Below are positions 1 to 13,290 of a stretch of 64,000 bases of DNA, in pieces (within the stretch, counting starts at the first letter, position 1; each line of letters starts with the position of its first letter). The stretch is from Octopus vulgaris (Eukaryota): positions 3,286,001 to 3,350,000 of the forward strand of contig OX597829.1 in the NCBI GenBank assembly GCA_951406725.2, written 5' to 3'. The notes beneath the pieces were generated by a model. The model was not told the DNA's origin and ran no database searches. It saw nothing but the letters and a program-made list of their open reading frames with translations. The position numbers and the translations under genes are program-made.

Positions 1-304
1 CCTCCCCAAGTGATCTCTATACTAATTACTCATCCCCCAACCACACTTTTATTTACATTTTGTTTCCTCCTGCTACAAGCAAAAAAATAGAATGTCTGGA
101 AGACACACAATGTGAAGGCACACCTTTGATGCAAGTCTAATGGAGTGCCACTCTGTCTACAACTGCAAACATTATGTAAATTTCATTTTGAATTTTTGTA
201 TAAACTGTCACTACAAGCAGAGTTGTTACAGACACAATTGAAACAAATCTTTAAGGGGATTTCCTTGTCTTATTATTTGGATTATACACACATACACACA
301 CACA

Positions 305-470
305 ATCGGCTTCTTTCAGTTTCCATTTACCATATCAACTTACAAAGTTTGGTCAGGTGGCCTGGAACTATAGTAGAAGACATGCCCAAGATACCATGCA
401 ATGGTACTGAATTTGGAATGATACTTCCCCACCATGAAGTTGGGAAGCAAACTTCTTACAACACAGCCAC
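305..470 (-). mobile_element. tRNA-derived SINE family A, degenerate copy
   Basis: Reverse complement matches the copy at 4467-4867 (gtggctgtg..., cttgggcatgtcttctactatag, ggaaactgaaagaagcc). Confidence 0.75.
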
Positions 471-797
471 ACAACCAGAACTTTGTATCACAGGGCAGTT
501 TCAAAATGATGATACCAGACAAAGGATTCAGTCTAACACCCAAGAATAGGAAAAGGCTTTTTCACAATTTCCATCTACCAAATTTCACTCACAAGGCTTT
601 AATCAGCATAAAGGATTAGCACACACTGGAATTGAACATAAAACACGTAAATCCAGAAAAAACTTTGGAACCACACAACTGTACTTGCACCCACATGGTT
701 ATTCTATCTGCTAGAAAAAGACAAGTGAAATTTTTCTCAAATCACATCCTACTGTCTCCAAAAGGTACAGACATAACAGAAGTCCCCAAAGTCCAAG

Positions 798-900
798 CCC
801 TCCTCACCGTGGTGGGGATGCTGGCAACAGGTAGTGTCAGAGCTATGCCGTTGGGAACGTCGGTTCCATGTAGGGCCACCCAAGGCAGATTGGTCTGACA
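798..900 (+). mobile_element. RTE-clade retroelement 5'-end motif (remnant)
   Basis: cctcaccgtggtgggg...agagctatgccg...gtagggccacccaaggcagattggtc resembles the conserved 5' region I recall from RTE elements such as BovB and Expander. Confidence 0.55.
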
Positions 901-1445
901 CAGAGTGGTATTAGGGCCACAACTCGGAGTGTCTGTTTCGGCAACTGGCAGCTCCTCGGTCGTTCTGTCCCTGCGTCTGCGGACAATCTGCGGCAAACAG
1001 GATGTCTCCACATGCGGGATTGTTGGGGACCACTTGTGAAATCCACATATTCCCACAAAACTTCTTCCATGAGTAGAAGAAGCTGACTCAACCCGCCCAG
1101 GGTGAATGTCGCCACAAGTACAAGTACAAACATAACAGATAACAGAGTACACTATCTTATACTAGGCTTTAAAACCAGCTTTACAGTTTTCTTGTCAATA
1201 CATGAGGTCCGTGAAAACATTGGAGTTTGAAATAATCTCCAGAACTAAGCATAACTCATGTGTCTTATATTCCTGACATACAGTTGGCAAATATCATCAA
1301 TGCATGTCATAGTGATTTAATACATTCATAGTTACTTCCCTTGTTGATTGCTTCCTCTGTCAATCTTCACATCTCTAGAAATGTTCTGATATTTTTAAAT
1401 ACTTGCATGTTCTTATTTCATTGGAACTACTTGCATGTACTTTTT

Positions 1446-1792
1446 CTTTTCTACTCTAGGAACAAGGACAGAAATTTTGGCGGAGGGAGGGGCAGTCGAT
1501 TAGATCGACCTCAGTATGCAACTGGTACTTAATTCATCGACCCTGAAAAGATGAAAGGCAAAGTCGACCTCGGTGGAATTTGAACTCAGAACGTAAAACA
1601 GAAATTTTGGCGGAGGGAGGGGCAGTCGATTAGATCGACCTCAGTATGCAACTGGTACTTAATTTATCGACCCTGAAAAGATGAAAGGCAAAGTCGACCT
1701 CGGTGGAATTTGAACTCAGAACGTAAAGACAGACGAAATATTGCTAAGCATTTCGCCTGGTGTGCTAACGATTCTGCCAGCTCGCCACCTTA
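1446..1792 (-). mobile_element. tRNA-derived SINE family B with internal 130-bp tandem duplication
   Basis: Head ggtggcgagctggcagaa and B-box gagttcaaattcc on the minus strand; flanked by 13-bp direct repeat cttgcatgtactt; 1469-1598 is repeated at 1599-1728. Confidence 0.85.
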
Positions 1793-1994
1793 GCTTGCAT
1801 GTACTTATTTGATTGGAAAATGTTTTTATAAGTTTTCCAAGCAAAACGGTTTGTTCTGTATTTTTCTTAAACACATTTAGATCAGTTTAATGAACCTACT
1901 TACAGTTTATTCAGCTAAATATACGTTAAAATATCTATTGTTTTCACTCAAAGCAATTTGGTATTATGTGTATTAAAAGAAATCACACTGTCAC

Positions 1995-2485
1995 GGTCAG
2001 GTTAGGGATTTTCTCACAGGAGACCTGCTACAGGTACCATGTAAACCAATGGGGAGGGTATCTGGACACCCAGCAGAACTATGGCGGTGAGCTGGCAGAA
2101 ACGTTAGCATGCCGGGCAAAATGCATAGCCATATTTCGTCTGCCATTACATTCTGAGTTCAAATTCCGCTGAGGTCAACTTTACCTTTCATCCTTTCGGG
2201 GTCGATAAATTAAGTACCAGTTACGCACTGGGGTCAATATAATCGACTTAATCCGTTTGTCTGTCCTTGTTTGTCCCCTCTATTTTTAGCCCCTTGTGGG
2301 CAATAAAGAAATAAGAACTAAGAACAAAACCTGCTTAAGAACAAGTGAGCTCCTTGTGGGCCAATGGCCATCCAGTTGGGGAAGGCAATGGCAAATTACC
2401 ACAATATCCTTGCCAAGAAACACTAAAGTCAGACTAAAGTAACACCATGGCTTTGTCTAATGGGAGAACTCACACATATTCAGGA
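1995..2485 (+). mobile_element. RTE-5'-like short repeat interrupted by SINE B
   Basis: Homologous to the uninterrupted copy at about 61125-61440; carries ggggaaggcaatggcaaa...tatccttgccaagaaa, an RTE/Bov-A-like motif. Confidence 0.55.
2083..2316 (+). mobile_element. tRNA-derived SINE family B, full length
   Basis: ggcggtgagctggcagaa...gagttcaaattcc...gggcaataaagaaat; agaacta repeated on both sides (TSD). Confidence 0.85.
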
Positions 2486-4466
2486 AGACTAGACTTTCAG
2501 TAGTGTTATGAATGCACTGAAAAGAATTCGGTGTCATGAATGCACTGAAAAACATTGATGTGTGACAATTGTCATTGGACAATTATCACACATCAAATTT
2601 TACTTCATAATCATTGTTTTAACATCGACTTTTTCATACTTACAGGAGTCGAAAAGAGTTTATTGAGATATATATTTTCTACAGCCTGATGCCTTTCTTA
2701 TCACCAACCCTCACCTGTTTCCAAGTAAGGTAATATTTCCCCAAGCTAGACATGTCTTCACGGAAAAATGAATTACACCGTTTGTATGACAAGGACATTT
2801 ATTTACAACTATCACACAATGCCAAGACACAAACACACACACATACACATGCATGTGCATACACACACAATGGTTTTCTTTCAATTTCAATCATCTAAAT
2901 GCACTCACAAGGTTTAGAAAGCCCAAGGCTATAGTAGAAGACACTTTCCCAAGGTGCAATACAGTGGGCAAAATCCAAAACCATTCACAATTTTTAAGTA
3001 CGTCAAAATTATATCAAACTATTAAATAAAGGGAAGCTTTCTGAAACAATGTTTCTCTAATAATCATCCTAATCTAGCTGACAAAGAACAATCATTTCAA
3101 GTAGAAACATGACATAACCAGAATGGGCAGATGTGCCCACTGCAAAACAGTCCAGCCTTATGTCATAATGGAAAATATACGAGAAACGAAGAATTGTGAA
3201 ACGAAAAAGAAAAACTTACAAATATTTTTGAGAATGTAAGTAAAAGGTTTACAATGCTGGAAGCAGATGACAACAATGGTACGAGTCAGACCAGAACAAT
3301 TTTGTTTTGCTACATAGCTGCAACCATGACTGAGTGGTTTATGAAGCTTACTTTCCAACCATGCGATCTCAGGTTCAATACCACTGCATGACAACTTGGA
3401 CCAAAAGTCTCTTCTACTATAGCTTCGAACCTATCAAAACCTTGTGAATGAATTTGGTAGACGGAAACTGTAAGGAGCCCATCATTTGTGTGTGTGTGTG
3501 TGTCCCCTTATCTTGATATCAACTGAGGGCTGTAAGTGAGAGTCAGTCTTCTATGCAATATTGTTATTTCAAATCTTCCATGGAAATAGGTGAGGGTTTG
3601 AACCATGTTGAGCATGGAAAAGCAGAGATTAAAACAATAAGGTTATGGTGATGAATTATATCCAGATTTTCCTTATTTTAGTTAGATTATCAACTTAACT
3701 GAAATCCCTTTAGAATTCCAGATCAGTTCCAAGCAAGATATAAGACGTATTTATAGAATATATAAATGACTCCATAGCAAAAGATATTTTTTGCAACTTC
3801 TTCCCCAACAAAATCCTGGTGTTCAATTGTGAATTCTTATCCACCCATGTCTAAAAATTGTGGAGAGCCTTTTGCTGTTACCATCAACTCACCATTGTAA
3901 ACAAGTCTCTCTCAGACTGTACCGAGAACTGAGTGACTTGTTGGAATGAACCAAGCTCATTCATTTCATTAAAATGTAACATTAAATTAAATGAAATTAG
4001 TAACAAATAGCATGTCTATTGCTCATTGTACAATATCTATACATTTTACAGTAAATTTCTCATGGAAGGGTATGTTAAAATTACCAGGCAGGACAAAACT
4101 CCTGATCTAACATTGTAATTCAGTTTTTAAACGAAATTTTATTTCTAGCAAACTGAGCATATATAGACTGTCTCTTTGGCTAGTGACAAGAGAAGATGGT
4201 GTTTGTTAACAAAGATCAAACTTCCTCTAAACATGTAAATTGACTCTGAGAGATAATTCTATATTTTCTGAAATTATCTCCTCTTCTCTTTGAAACTTGC
4301 TAACAATTACTACTAGGTTTTTGTCTCATTTCTATAAAAGGTTTAGATGAAAAAAATCATGCTATTGAGAGGACAAATTTAATAAAATATCTAATTGGCA
4401 TGAGAGAAGGATCTTTAGCAAATTGGTGATGCACAAGTTTAAAGTGAAAAAGTAATGAATGCTTTC

Positions 4467-4867
4467 AGGCGCAGTAGTGGCTGTGTGGTAAGTAGCTTGC
4501 TTACCAACCACATGGTTCCGGGTTCAGTCCCACTGCGTGGCACCTTGGGCAAGTGTCTTCTACTATAGCCTCAGGCCGACCAAAGCCTTGGGAGTGGATT
4601 TGGTAGACGGAAACTGAAAGAAGCCTGTCGTATATATGTATATATATGTATGTGTGTGCGTGTGTGTTGGTCCCCTTAGTATTGCTTGACAACCAATGCT
4701 GGTGTGTTTATGTCCCCGTTACTTAGCGGTTCGGCAAAAGAGACCGATAGAATAAGTACTGGGCTTACAAAGAATAAGTCCCGGGGTTGAGTTGCTCGAT
4801 TAAAGGTGGTGCTCCAGCATGGCCGCAGTCAAATGACTGAAACAAGTAAAAGAGTAAAGAGAGTAAA
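4467..4867 (+). mobile_element. tRNA-derived CORE-like SINE family A, long well-preserved copy
   Basis: A-box gtggctgtgtgg, B-box-like ggttcagtccc, CORE-like ccttgggcaagt, internal (TA)/(TG) run, gagtaaa tail. Other copies at about 2870, 3325, 7225, 34945, 58530, 59580, 60400 and 63655. Confidence 0.85.
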
Positions 4868-5039
4868 CATCTTGTAAATAACATTTTATCACAGCTGTCG
4901 TATTTTTTCTGCATGTCAGGTTTGGCTCTGTGTTTCCCAACCATGCAATTTTGGGTTCAGTCTCACAGTGCAGTACTAAGTATCTTCTATTAATTCTGCA
5001 GTGTGAGAACAGGATTAATAGCATAAATTTGAAGAATGT

Positions 5040-5525
5040 TGTATTCCTAGAAGTCAGGGATTTAAGACTGGAGGCCCATGAGAACATCATGTTGGGCAAT
5101 CTTCCCATCTTAACAGAATCTATAACAGAACTGGAAAAAAATTCCAGGTGTGGAAACAAAACCTGGGATCAACAGGGTTTAAAGTTAACTTAGTAAAGAC
5201 CAAGGTTCTAGTAAGCAAGAAATCAGATAGGACCCTATCCTCTTCAAGTAAATGGCCCTGCTTGATATGTAGGAAGTGTAAGCAGGAATTCTATCCAATG
5301 TGCTAACTATAGACAAGACAAATAAGAGGTACAGTGGAATAGAAAGAAAGTTAACAGAGAAAATAGTATTTGTATGTGGAAGATGTACAAGAGCCATGAA
5401 GACTACAGATACAGGAAAACCGATTTACACAAATATCTTAGAGGCTCTCTAGAAGTAGTAGATAATCTCTGCTGCTAAGAGGACATAAGCAGTGGAAGAG
5501 GATGTACCAAAGGTATAATTGCTAG
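5040..5525 (+). pseudogene. Highly decayed RTE LINE fragment (post-RT, PHD-like region)
   Basis: Aligns by eye with 26750-27150 (GLKVNLVKTKVL, WPCLIC, FVCGRC). Confidence 0.7.
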
Positions 5526-7224
5526 AATATGAATAGGAGGGACCACAACCAAACAAAATCAATCGAATGAGGAATAACAGGTCTATCACTAGAATTCGTT
5601 TATGACGCGTATACCAAAGTATATAATAAATCGCATATTTCTGTGAACCAGACCTGAGGCTGTTATATTTAGGTGAGAGATTCATTTGCTTTCATTGCCC
5701 GTTTGTTGTTTCGGTAGAAATCTACGGAAGTATAAAAGCACAAAACGGAGAAAATAAAACAAATATGGACTACTTGTTCCAAAGCACCCCCGAGTGGAGA
5801 ACGGTCCTCAAAAATAGCCCCCATTTAATGTTCCCCAAAGTCTGAGGTATATTTGTAGAGAATTTCATTAAAAAATGTCCATTTTCTTGAAAGTTAAGAC
5901 GAATGAAGTGGACTCCCGTGAATTTTCCGAAATTCCCCACCCACCCCCTCCTAAAACACTTTCCCCAAAAAAGTTTTGTATATTCAGAATCTACATTATA
6001 TAACACATATTTGTCGAAAATTTTATTTAAAAATATCCATTTTTCTGAAAGTTATGATCATCCAAAGTCGGCGGGTGGAGTGGGGACAGAAATCTGTGGT
6101 TATGCGGGACATCGGTCCCTAGCAACACAATAAGCAACAGCGATGCTAGAAAGAGCAGCCGCAATCTCACGACACATTCGATGACATGAATCTAGAAGGA
6201 GTATATGAGGAAAGGACGGAGTGGGCACGGCTGGAATGTCTTTGATCAAAAGACTACTCTACCAGGGTTGACTTGGAAGAGTCACAAAACAAGAACGAAA
6301 TATGAATGAACAGTTTCTCTATCAGACACGTGTTGCAATAATTAAATGGGAGGTCAATAAAAAAAGATCGGAGGCTTTCGACATTTAAGGCTGTTAATAA
6401 TATTTCTTTTTCTACTCACCTCAGTGGCCGTATTAGTGTTTAAATTAGCTTTTTTCTTAGATTTCTTCTTAGATGGAACGTTGACAGAAGTCATGCTTGC
6501 CAACCAAAACAAAATGTTCACGGTACGAACAATAGGTCCGCATAAACATAAGGTCCGCACCAAATAATGATATAATAAACAATATTTATTTTTGATTAAT
6601 AATTATATAATTATATGATTTTTAATTATGGAAGATTAATTCAAATTAAATAATAGTTTTGTTAGTGTCAGCACTTCCACTGAGTTTTAAATCGAAGTTA
6701 TTTGTGAGATTTTGTGAGATTTTGGGGTTTGTGTTTATTTCGTTTTGCAGAAATGTTAAAAAAAATAGGAAGTAAGAAAGCTCCAAAATTATTTTTATTA
6801 CAGAATCCAAAGTTGAAACAAATATAAAATAGTATTAATAAAAAACTAGAACATATCTAGGGTGACACATACTTAGCCGCCCTGTTTAAAACTAAAAAAT
6901 ATTCCAGCATGCCCACGCACGTGATAGTCGAAGAGAAAAGACTAATCTATGACACTTTCAAAGTAAATAATCAATAGATATATTGAGCTATTCAAGTACA
7001 ACAACAAAACCAGACTTTCATAAGCTAAAATGGAAGCTTCTATGTGGTGGTTTGCTCCTGCTAGAAATAACAGCCAAATTCCCCCAAAAGTCACTCTTCA
7101 AAAGAGAAAGAGCTTTCGCCAATTTTTGATATCAATTTTAAATACATATATTATGTTGGTGTATGCTATATTTGACTATGAAGTCCTGAAAATAAAAAAT
7201 ATGTATATAAAAGCTCCATATAGG

Positions 7225-7380
7225 GGCAGGAGTGGTTGTGTGGTAAGTAGCTTGCTTACCAACCACATGGTTCATGGTTCATTCCCACACGTGGCACCTT
7301 GGGCAAGTGTCTTCTACTATAGCCTCGGGCCGACCAAAGCTTTGTGAGTGAATTGGTAGACGGAAACCGAAAGAAGCCCG

Positions 7381-7438
<58 letters not shown>

Positions 7439-7630
7439 ATGTGTTTGTGTGTCTGTGTTTGTTCCCCCTGCCCAACATCGCTTGACAACCGATGGTGGTG
7501 TGTTTACATCCCCGTAACCTAGCGGTTCGGTATAATAAACCAATAGAATAAGTACTAGGCATACAAAGAATAGGTCGTGGGGTCGATTTGCTCCGACTGA
7601 AACAAGTAAAAGAGAGAAAGAGAGAGTATA
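7225..7630 (+). mobile_element. SINE family A copy with internal (TA)n(TG)n
   Basis: Colinear with 4467-4867, with one internal deletion. Confidence 0.85.
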
Positions 7631-8541
7631 CCAGAATACCTTTGCTCCCTATCATCATAGGGCTGTTGAATTAGAGATAAGCTGGACCATGCAAATATAA
7701 AATTACCACTAAATATTCCTTCCCCCTCCTAAACCTCATCGTCTTCACACCCCTTCCAACTGTGTTCATCACTCACTGCATTTCATCTGTCTCTATCTCT
7801 ATCTCCCAGTCTCCTTTCGCACTCACCTGTCCAATCCTCAGGACCACTTCTCTTAGATTTACTTTCCTATCGCTTGACTGTATGCCCTGACGCATCTTTA
7901 CCATCATTTTCTCTCTTTTCTATCTGGAGTAACCATGTATGCATCTTCTCTACTGCAAGATACTTGTATCTGTCCTTAAGGCATAAACACCTCTCTCAGT
8001 AATATATACAAAATGGTTGGTGTAAAGAAGGGAATCCAGCTGTGGAAACCAAGCCAAAGCAGATGTTGGAGTTTGATGCACCCCTCTGACTCACCAGTTC
8101 TAGTCAAACCATCCAATCCATACCACATAAAACAGTGGGGTTGAGATGAGCCGGAAGGAAAGGGCTGTGACGTCAATGATCAAGGGACTTGGCCAGAATA
8201 GGAAGGTTGAGAGAGGAAGTAAAAGAAGGAAGACCGTGGTCATCCTCTTTTGCCTTGGACACTCATGACAAACAGATGTGATCCTCTGAAACTTCTTCTG
8301 CATCCGAGTGTGGTGCACTTCTCAATTTATAGCCATGCTTTGGCAGGAAACTCATGGAAAATTCCATATATCATACAATTGCAGATGTCACCTGATATGC
8401 TGTGATGTATTTTTTGCTACTGAGTTGATGCAGATAGGCCACATCATCACCATCATCATCATCATTTAGCGTCCACTTTCCATGATAGCATGGATTGAAC
8501 AGTTTGACAGGAGCTGTTTATGCAGAAGACTGCACCAGGCA

Positions 8542-8904
8542 TCTCTATATATATAAACGGCAAAATGTCTGTGTGTGTCCTTTATACAAATCCACAATTT
8601 TTCAGTTAGAGGGCTCGCACTTTCTATGGTCATTCAAAACCGTCCAAGGGTGGTCGTGCACATCTTTACATTTCCCCAGTCACCCCGCAAAGTCATTAAA
8701 AAAATCAATAGAAGTGACTTTTTTGTGAATTTTCTATCCAAAACCCAATCAAAATGCCCGAAACTTGATACGCCAATTGAATGCCAACTAGCTGTATGTG
8801 ATTGGTTGGAGATTTGCACAGTACTCGCGTGTATGTGCACACATACACAGCTGTATATGCATGCACTAGCACTATGACACAGTAACACCGGGTCATAATG
8901 CTAG
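8542..8904 (+). mobile_element. Non-autonomous Helitron-like element
   Basis: 5' TC(TCTATATATATAAA), 3' CTAG, inserted between A and T with no TSD, splitting an RTE-tail repeat (8446-9130). Confidence 0.7.
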
Positions 8905-9136
8905 TCAGTGTCTATTTTGACATGGCTTTTACAGCTGGATGCCTTTCCTAACATCAACCACCTGCAGATTAGACTGAGTGCTCTTTAAGTGGCACCAGCA
9001 CAGGCAAAATCACTTTTGGCATGGTTTCAAGCTTGATGCTCTTCTAAATGCTCTTCTAAATGCAAATCACTTTACAGTGTAGACTATATTTTTTTTACAA
9101 CACTGTAGACTAGATCTTTTCGCCAGCACTAGCAGT

Positions 9137-9510
9137 GGAGGAACAATGGCCCAGTGGTTAGGGCAGTGGACTCACAGTCAGAGGATCGCAGTTTCAATTC
9201 CCAGACCGGGCGTTGTGTGTGTTTATTGAGCGAAAACGCCTAAAGCTCCACGAGGCTCCGGCAGGGGGGGGTGGCGACCCCTGTTGTACTCTTTTGCTTC
9301 AATTTTCTCTCACTCTTTCTTCCTGTTTCTTGTCCTCGACTTCCTACGCAACCACTGAGCCTGGATGTGCATTCATCCATCCGCCGTCGATGCTCTCGGT
9401 GTCGGGGGTTGACCTTCTTTCTCTTCTGCGGGTCTTACGAATAGCAAAGGACCACATATCAGACTTCTCCCACTACGGATGAAGACCACTTCGCTCAACA
9501 AACAAACAAA
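9137..9510 (+). mobile_element. tRNA-derived SINE family C (tail type 1)
   Basis: A-box tggcccagtgg, B-box-like gtttcaattccc, (aaac)n tail, imperfect flanking repeat ccagcactagca/ccagcaccggca. Confidence 0.8.
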
Positions 9511-10479
9511 CCAGCACCGGCAAGATCACTGAGTAATTAAGTTGCAAGAAAAAGATTCTTTAAGAGTGGAGGAGGTGATCCTTGTGCCAGGTGATGAAAG
9601 GTTAGAGTGTAACACAGACAGAAGTGAGTGTCCTACTGTAGAAGAGATATATGGTTACCCAGTCAGAGGAGGTACATGGTTACCCTTTTAGTCTGAGCAA
9701 GAATCTTTTTGTTGCCAAAAGATACAATAACTCTCCAAATTTTCTCCATCGTATTCTTATTCTAGAAACAATACTTTCAGAACATTCTCCACCATTGCTA
9801 ATTTAGCCACCTCATTCTTAAATAAAAAATTGGTGCAAATAACATATTTTTTTACCTATTAGTTGGCAGATATAAGCACCAATCAGCAAACAGTTTGTTT
9901 GCTGAAAGTGTAAACAAAGTCAATGGCTTTGGTTAATCTCAGACTTCTGGCTGCTACAAGATGGCAAGATGCAACATGTCAAAACACTGGTGTCCACCAA
10001 TGAGGCAAATGTGTTGAACACATTGTCATCATAAAATGGTTAAGTTATTCTCCTATAACATACATTACAGTATCTAGCACTGAATCTACCTATACACATT
10101 ACGAATAAATATATAAATAACAGGCAGTCAGAGTCAAAATCTCATGATACTGTTGCAAATACAGCAATGAAAAAGATTTCTGGAATAAATAAATAAATGA
10201 GTGGTAATTGAACTGGTTTTATATTAAGGCACTATGGCTGTCACAGAACCTTATATTTTTCTCCTTATAAAATCACTTTTAAATATATTTCAATAAGTTA
10301 ATGATGAAACATACAAGGTTTTTTTTCCACAAAATATATTCTTTTGTGTCTTATACATTGGCAAATACTGAAATTAACAGCTTGGGATCTAAATAAAGGT
10401 AGTTGTCTCAAAACAAAACAGGGAGTTAAAAGTTAAGGGAGCTTTGCTGAAATAATGAGATATATAAAAAGATACATGA

Positions 10480-10695
10480 CAGTGGTTAGAGCATCAAGCT
10501 CATAATCATGAGATAGTGAGTTCAATTCCTAGAGTGGGGTGTGAGTTGTGTTCTTGAGCAAGACACTTTATTTCACATTGCTCCAGTTCACTCAGTTATA
10601 GAAATGCATTGCGATGTCACTGGTGCCAAGCTCTATTGGCCCCTTTGCCTTTCCCTTGGATAGCATCAGTGGCATGGAGAGGGGAGTCTGGTATG
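10480..10695 (+). mobile_element. tRNA-derived CORE-like SINE family D
   Basis: gtggttagagc...gagttcaattcc...cttgagcaagacacttta; related copy at 46124-46435. Confidence 0.7.
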
Positions 10696-10696
10696 C

Positions 10697-11410
10697 TTTA
10701 CCATACCAATTCTCTGTGAATATTATTGAAAGCATTCTTGAAGTCAATGTAATTAACTGCAAGGCACTTTTTGAACCCTCAGCATTGTTCAATAATATTG
10801 CACAGTATAAATATCTGTTCAGCACACAATCTCCTGCTTTTAAATCCAGTTTGTTCTTCCTGCAAAAGTTTATTGGCTTCTGTCTTTAATCACTTATGGT
10901 TCACTGTGCAGAATACTTTCCCTAGTACTGACAGCAGTTTAATTCCATACCAGTTGTTGCAGTCACTGAGACAGCCTTTTTTAGGGAGTGTGATGATCAT
11001 TCCAAGTCACAAATCATCAGATACATTCTCTATTTGCCAAATCTGGTTAAAAAGGGAGGTGAACTTTTTAATGATTATTCCTTTCCCTTGTTTGAGCATT
11101 TCAACCAGGATCTCAAGCAACCTTGCTGCTTTATTGTTCTTCAAACTTTTAATGGCCTTGAGCATTTCATGTTCTCCAATATCATGCATTTACACATTCA
11201 GCTGAGCAATGTCTAGTTCCTTATCTAGGTCAAACGGCTCATCAGGTGGTGGTTGGTTTAAAACCTAAAAGGGTTCAATCCAACTTTGACTCTGTTCTTC
11301 TCTTGTTAGTAAGACACAACTGTCCTTACTCTTAACTAGAACACTGATCCCACAATGGTTTCTGTTCAGTTCTCCAACTATCTGATTGAGTGTTTTGGTG
11401 TCATTAGCAT
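10697..11410 (-). pseudogene. Decayed RTE-clade LINE fragment (tether and RT N-terminus)
   Basis: AIKSLKNNKAA, GIKLLSVLGKVF, EEQTGFKSRRLCAEQIFIL and NYIDFKNAF motifs with stops and frameshifts. Confidence 0.8.
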
Positions 11411-13290
11411 CCAAGCTTTCTCAAAGTCCACAAACGCTAAGTAGAGGGGTTTATCTTTAGCTAGGTAATTCTCCTGCAGTTGTCAAACCAGGAATATGGC
11501 ATCAGTGGTACTTCTACCCAGAACAAAACCGAATTGCATCTCGTCTAAGTAGACTCTCTCCTTAATGAGATGGGCTATGACCCTCTCTGTGACCTTCATC
11601 ACCTGATCCAGTAGTTTAATACCCCTGTAGTTATTTCTATCTGGAGTATCACCTTTACCCTTGTAACAGTTGACTATGGTGCTGCTATGCCAGTCATTGG
11701 GTATGACTCCGTTATGTACTACCTGGTTTACAATGTGGGTGACTAGGCCATAGCCTACACCACCAGATGCTTTAAGCATCTCAGCAGTGATTCCTGATGG
11801 GCCGGGGGCTTTTCCTGGCTTCATACCCTTAATTGCTTTATCTACTAGGGAGCTCTCTATTGGGATAGCTGGTCCCTCTACTGGGTCAACATTTGGCAGG
11901 CTCTCCTCCTCCCATTCCTTCTCCACATTCAGCAGTCTTTCATAATGATTTCTCTAAGCCTATTTATTTTCAGAAACACTGAAAGCAAGTGCCCCATCAT
12001 CCATGCGGACGCATTTCTCTCCTGTGACATCACAATTTTCTCTCACACACTGTCTAGCAATCCGAAATACCTCAGTTCTTTGGTCCTCACATCTCTGGAC
12101 ATTGGCAAACTTCTTTTTCATTTCGCTCTTGGCTATGTATACCTGCCGCCCAGCCTCCCTTTTGGCTATCTGGTACAGTTCCCTGCTACCCCCATCCCTC
12201 CAGGCTTTCTAGGCCTGTTTCTTTGTTCTAATGGCTTTGTCTATCGTACTATTCCACCACCACATAACTCTGGATCTGGAAGGGACTTTGCACCATCCAC
12301 AGACTTGGTCTGTGGCACTCAGCAAGCTGTCCCGTAGGAATTTCCAGCTACCTTCTATGTCCGATGTCTGTAGCTCCTCCTCCCTCTCATCAAATTTCTT
12401 GATGACGATGTCCCTAAATCTCTGACCATGTGAAGGTTTCTTTAGCTTCCAAATCCTTCTTTTTTGGATTGGTCATTTTCTTGGTATCCTTCTGGTCTCG
12501 AGCCTAAAGTCACTAATGACTAGCATATGCTGGGGAGTACATTCTTCACCTGGGAGGGTCTTTATATTTAAAAGCAATCCTGCGTCCCGCTGTCTGGTGA
12601 GGATGAAATCAATCTGGCTAGCAGAATCCCCTGATTGATAGGTTATAAGGTGGCTGTCTGGCTTCCTGAATTTAGTGTTGCAGATTAAAAGGTTACATGC
12701 ATCACAGAATTCCAGTAGCCTAGTCCCTTCATCATTTCGAGTGCCAATAGTATGGCCACTGTGTACCCCAATGAAAATACCAGATTCCTGCCCAACATGC
12801 CCATTAAAGTCTCCAGCCACAAAGATGAGGTCATTTCCACTCGTCTTTGAGGTAGCCTCTAGAAGGGTATCATAAAAGTGGTCCTTCTGATCATGTGGTA
12901 GTCCCGCATGTGGAGCATATGCAGAGATAATTGTAGCTGTGCTGTTCTGTAGGACTAGCCTGAGCTTAAGCACTCTATCACATACCCTGACAACCTCTAT
13001 GACCTTATCCACCCATTTCTCCACATGGAGTATGCCAACACCCCCTACATCATCCATGTTACCTTACCAGAAGACCTTATACCTATATGCCTTGCCTGTG
13101 AGGACCCTAGCTGAAGCTCCTCTCCATCTTACCTCTTGTATGCAGCATACATCAACCCATCTCCTTTCAAGCACCTCTACAATCTCACTTGACCTACCTT
13201 TCAGTGTGCAAACATTGACAGTGCCAACTCTGAAAACTGGGAAGGTAATGAGGGGTGAGGTTTGGGAAGGAGGGATGTTATTTAGCACCT
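11411..13290 (-). pseudogene. RTE LINE 5' half: APE endonuclease plus RT N-terminus, disrupted
   Basis: VGTVNVCTL, CCIQEVRW, ISAYAP, GDFNGH, SQIDFIL, GKAPGPSGI, NYRGIKLL, QFGFV..STTDAIF; several frameshifts. Confidence 0.92.

Noticed and set aside
770-820. Twister ribozyme (taac...ccaagccc)
   Set aside because: Pseudoknot pairings and the GAGGG segment do not fit.
742-1152. 136-aa minus-strand ORF with a GTGAGG donor-like site
   Set aside because: No recognisable domain or good acceptor; better explained as the antisense of an RTE 5' motif.
4467-4545. tRNA genes at SINE heads
   Set aside because: No complete cloverleaf; each continues into a SINE body.
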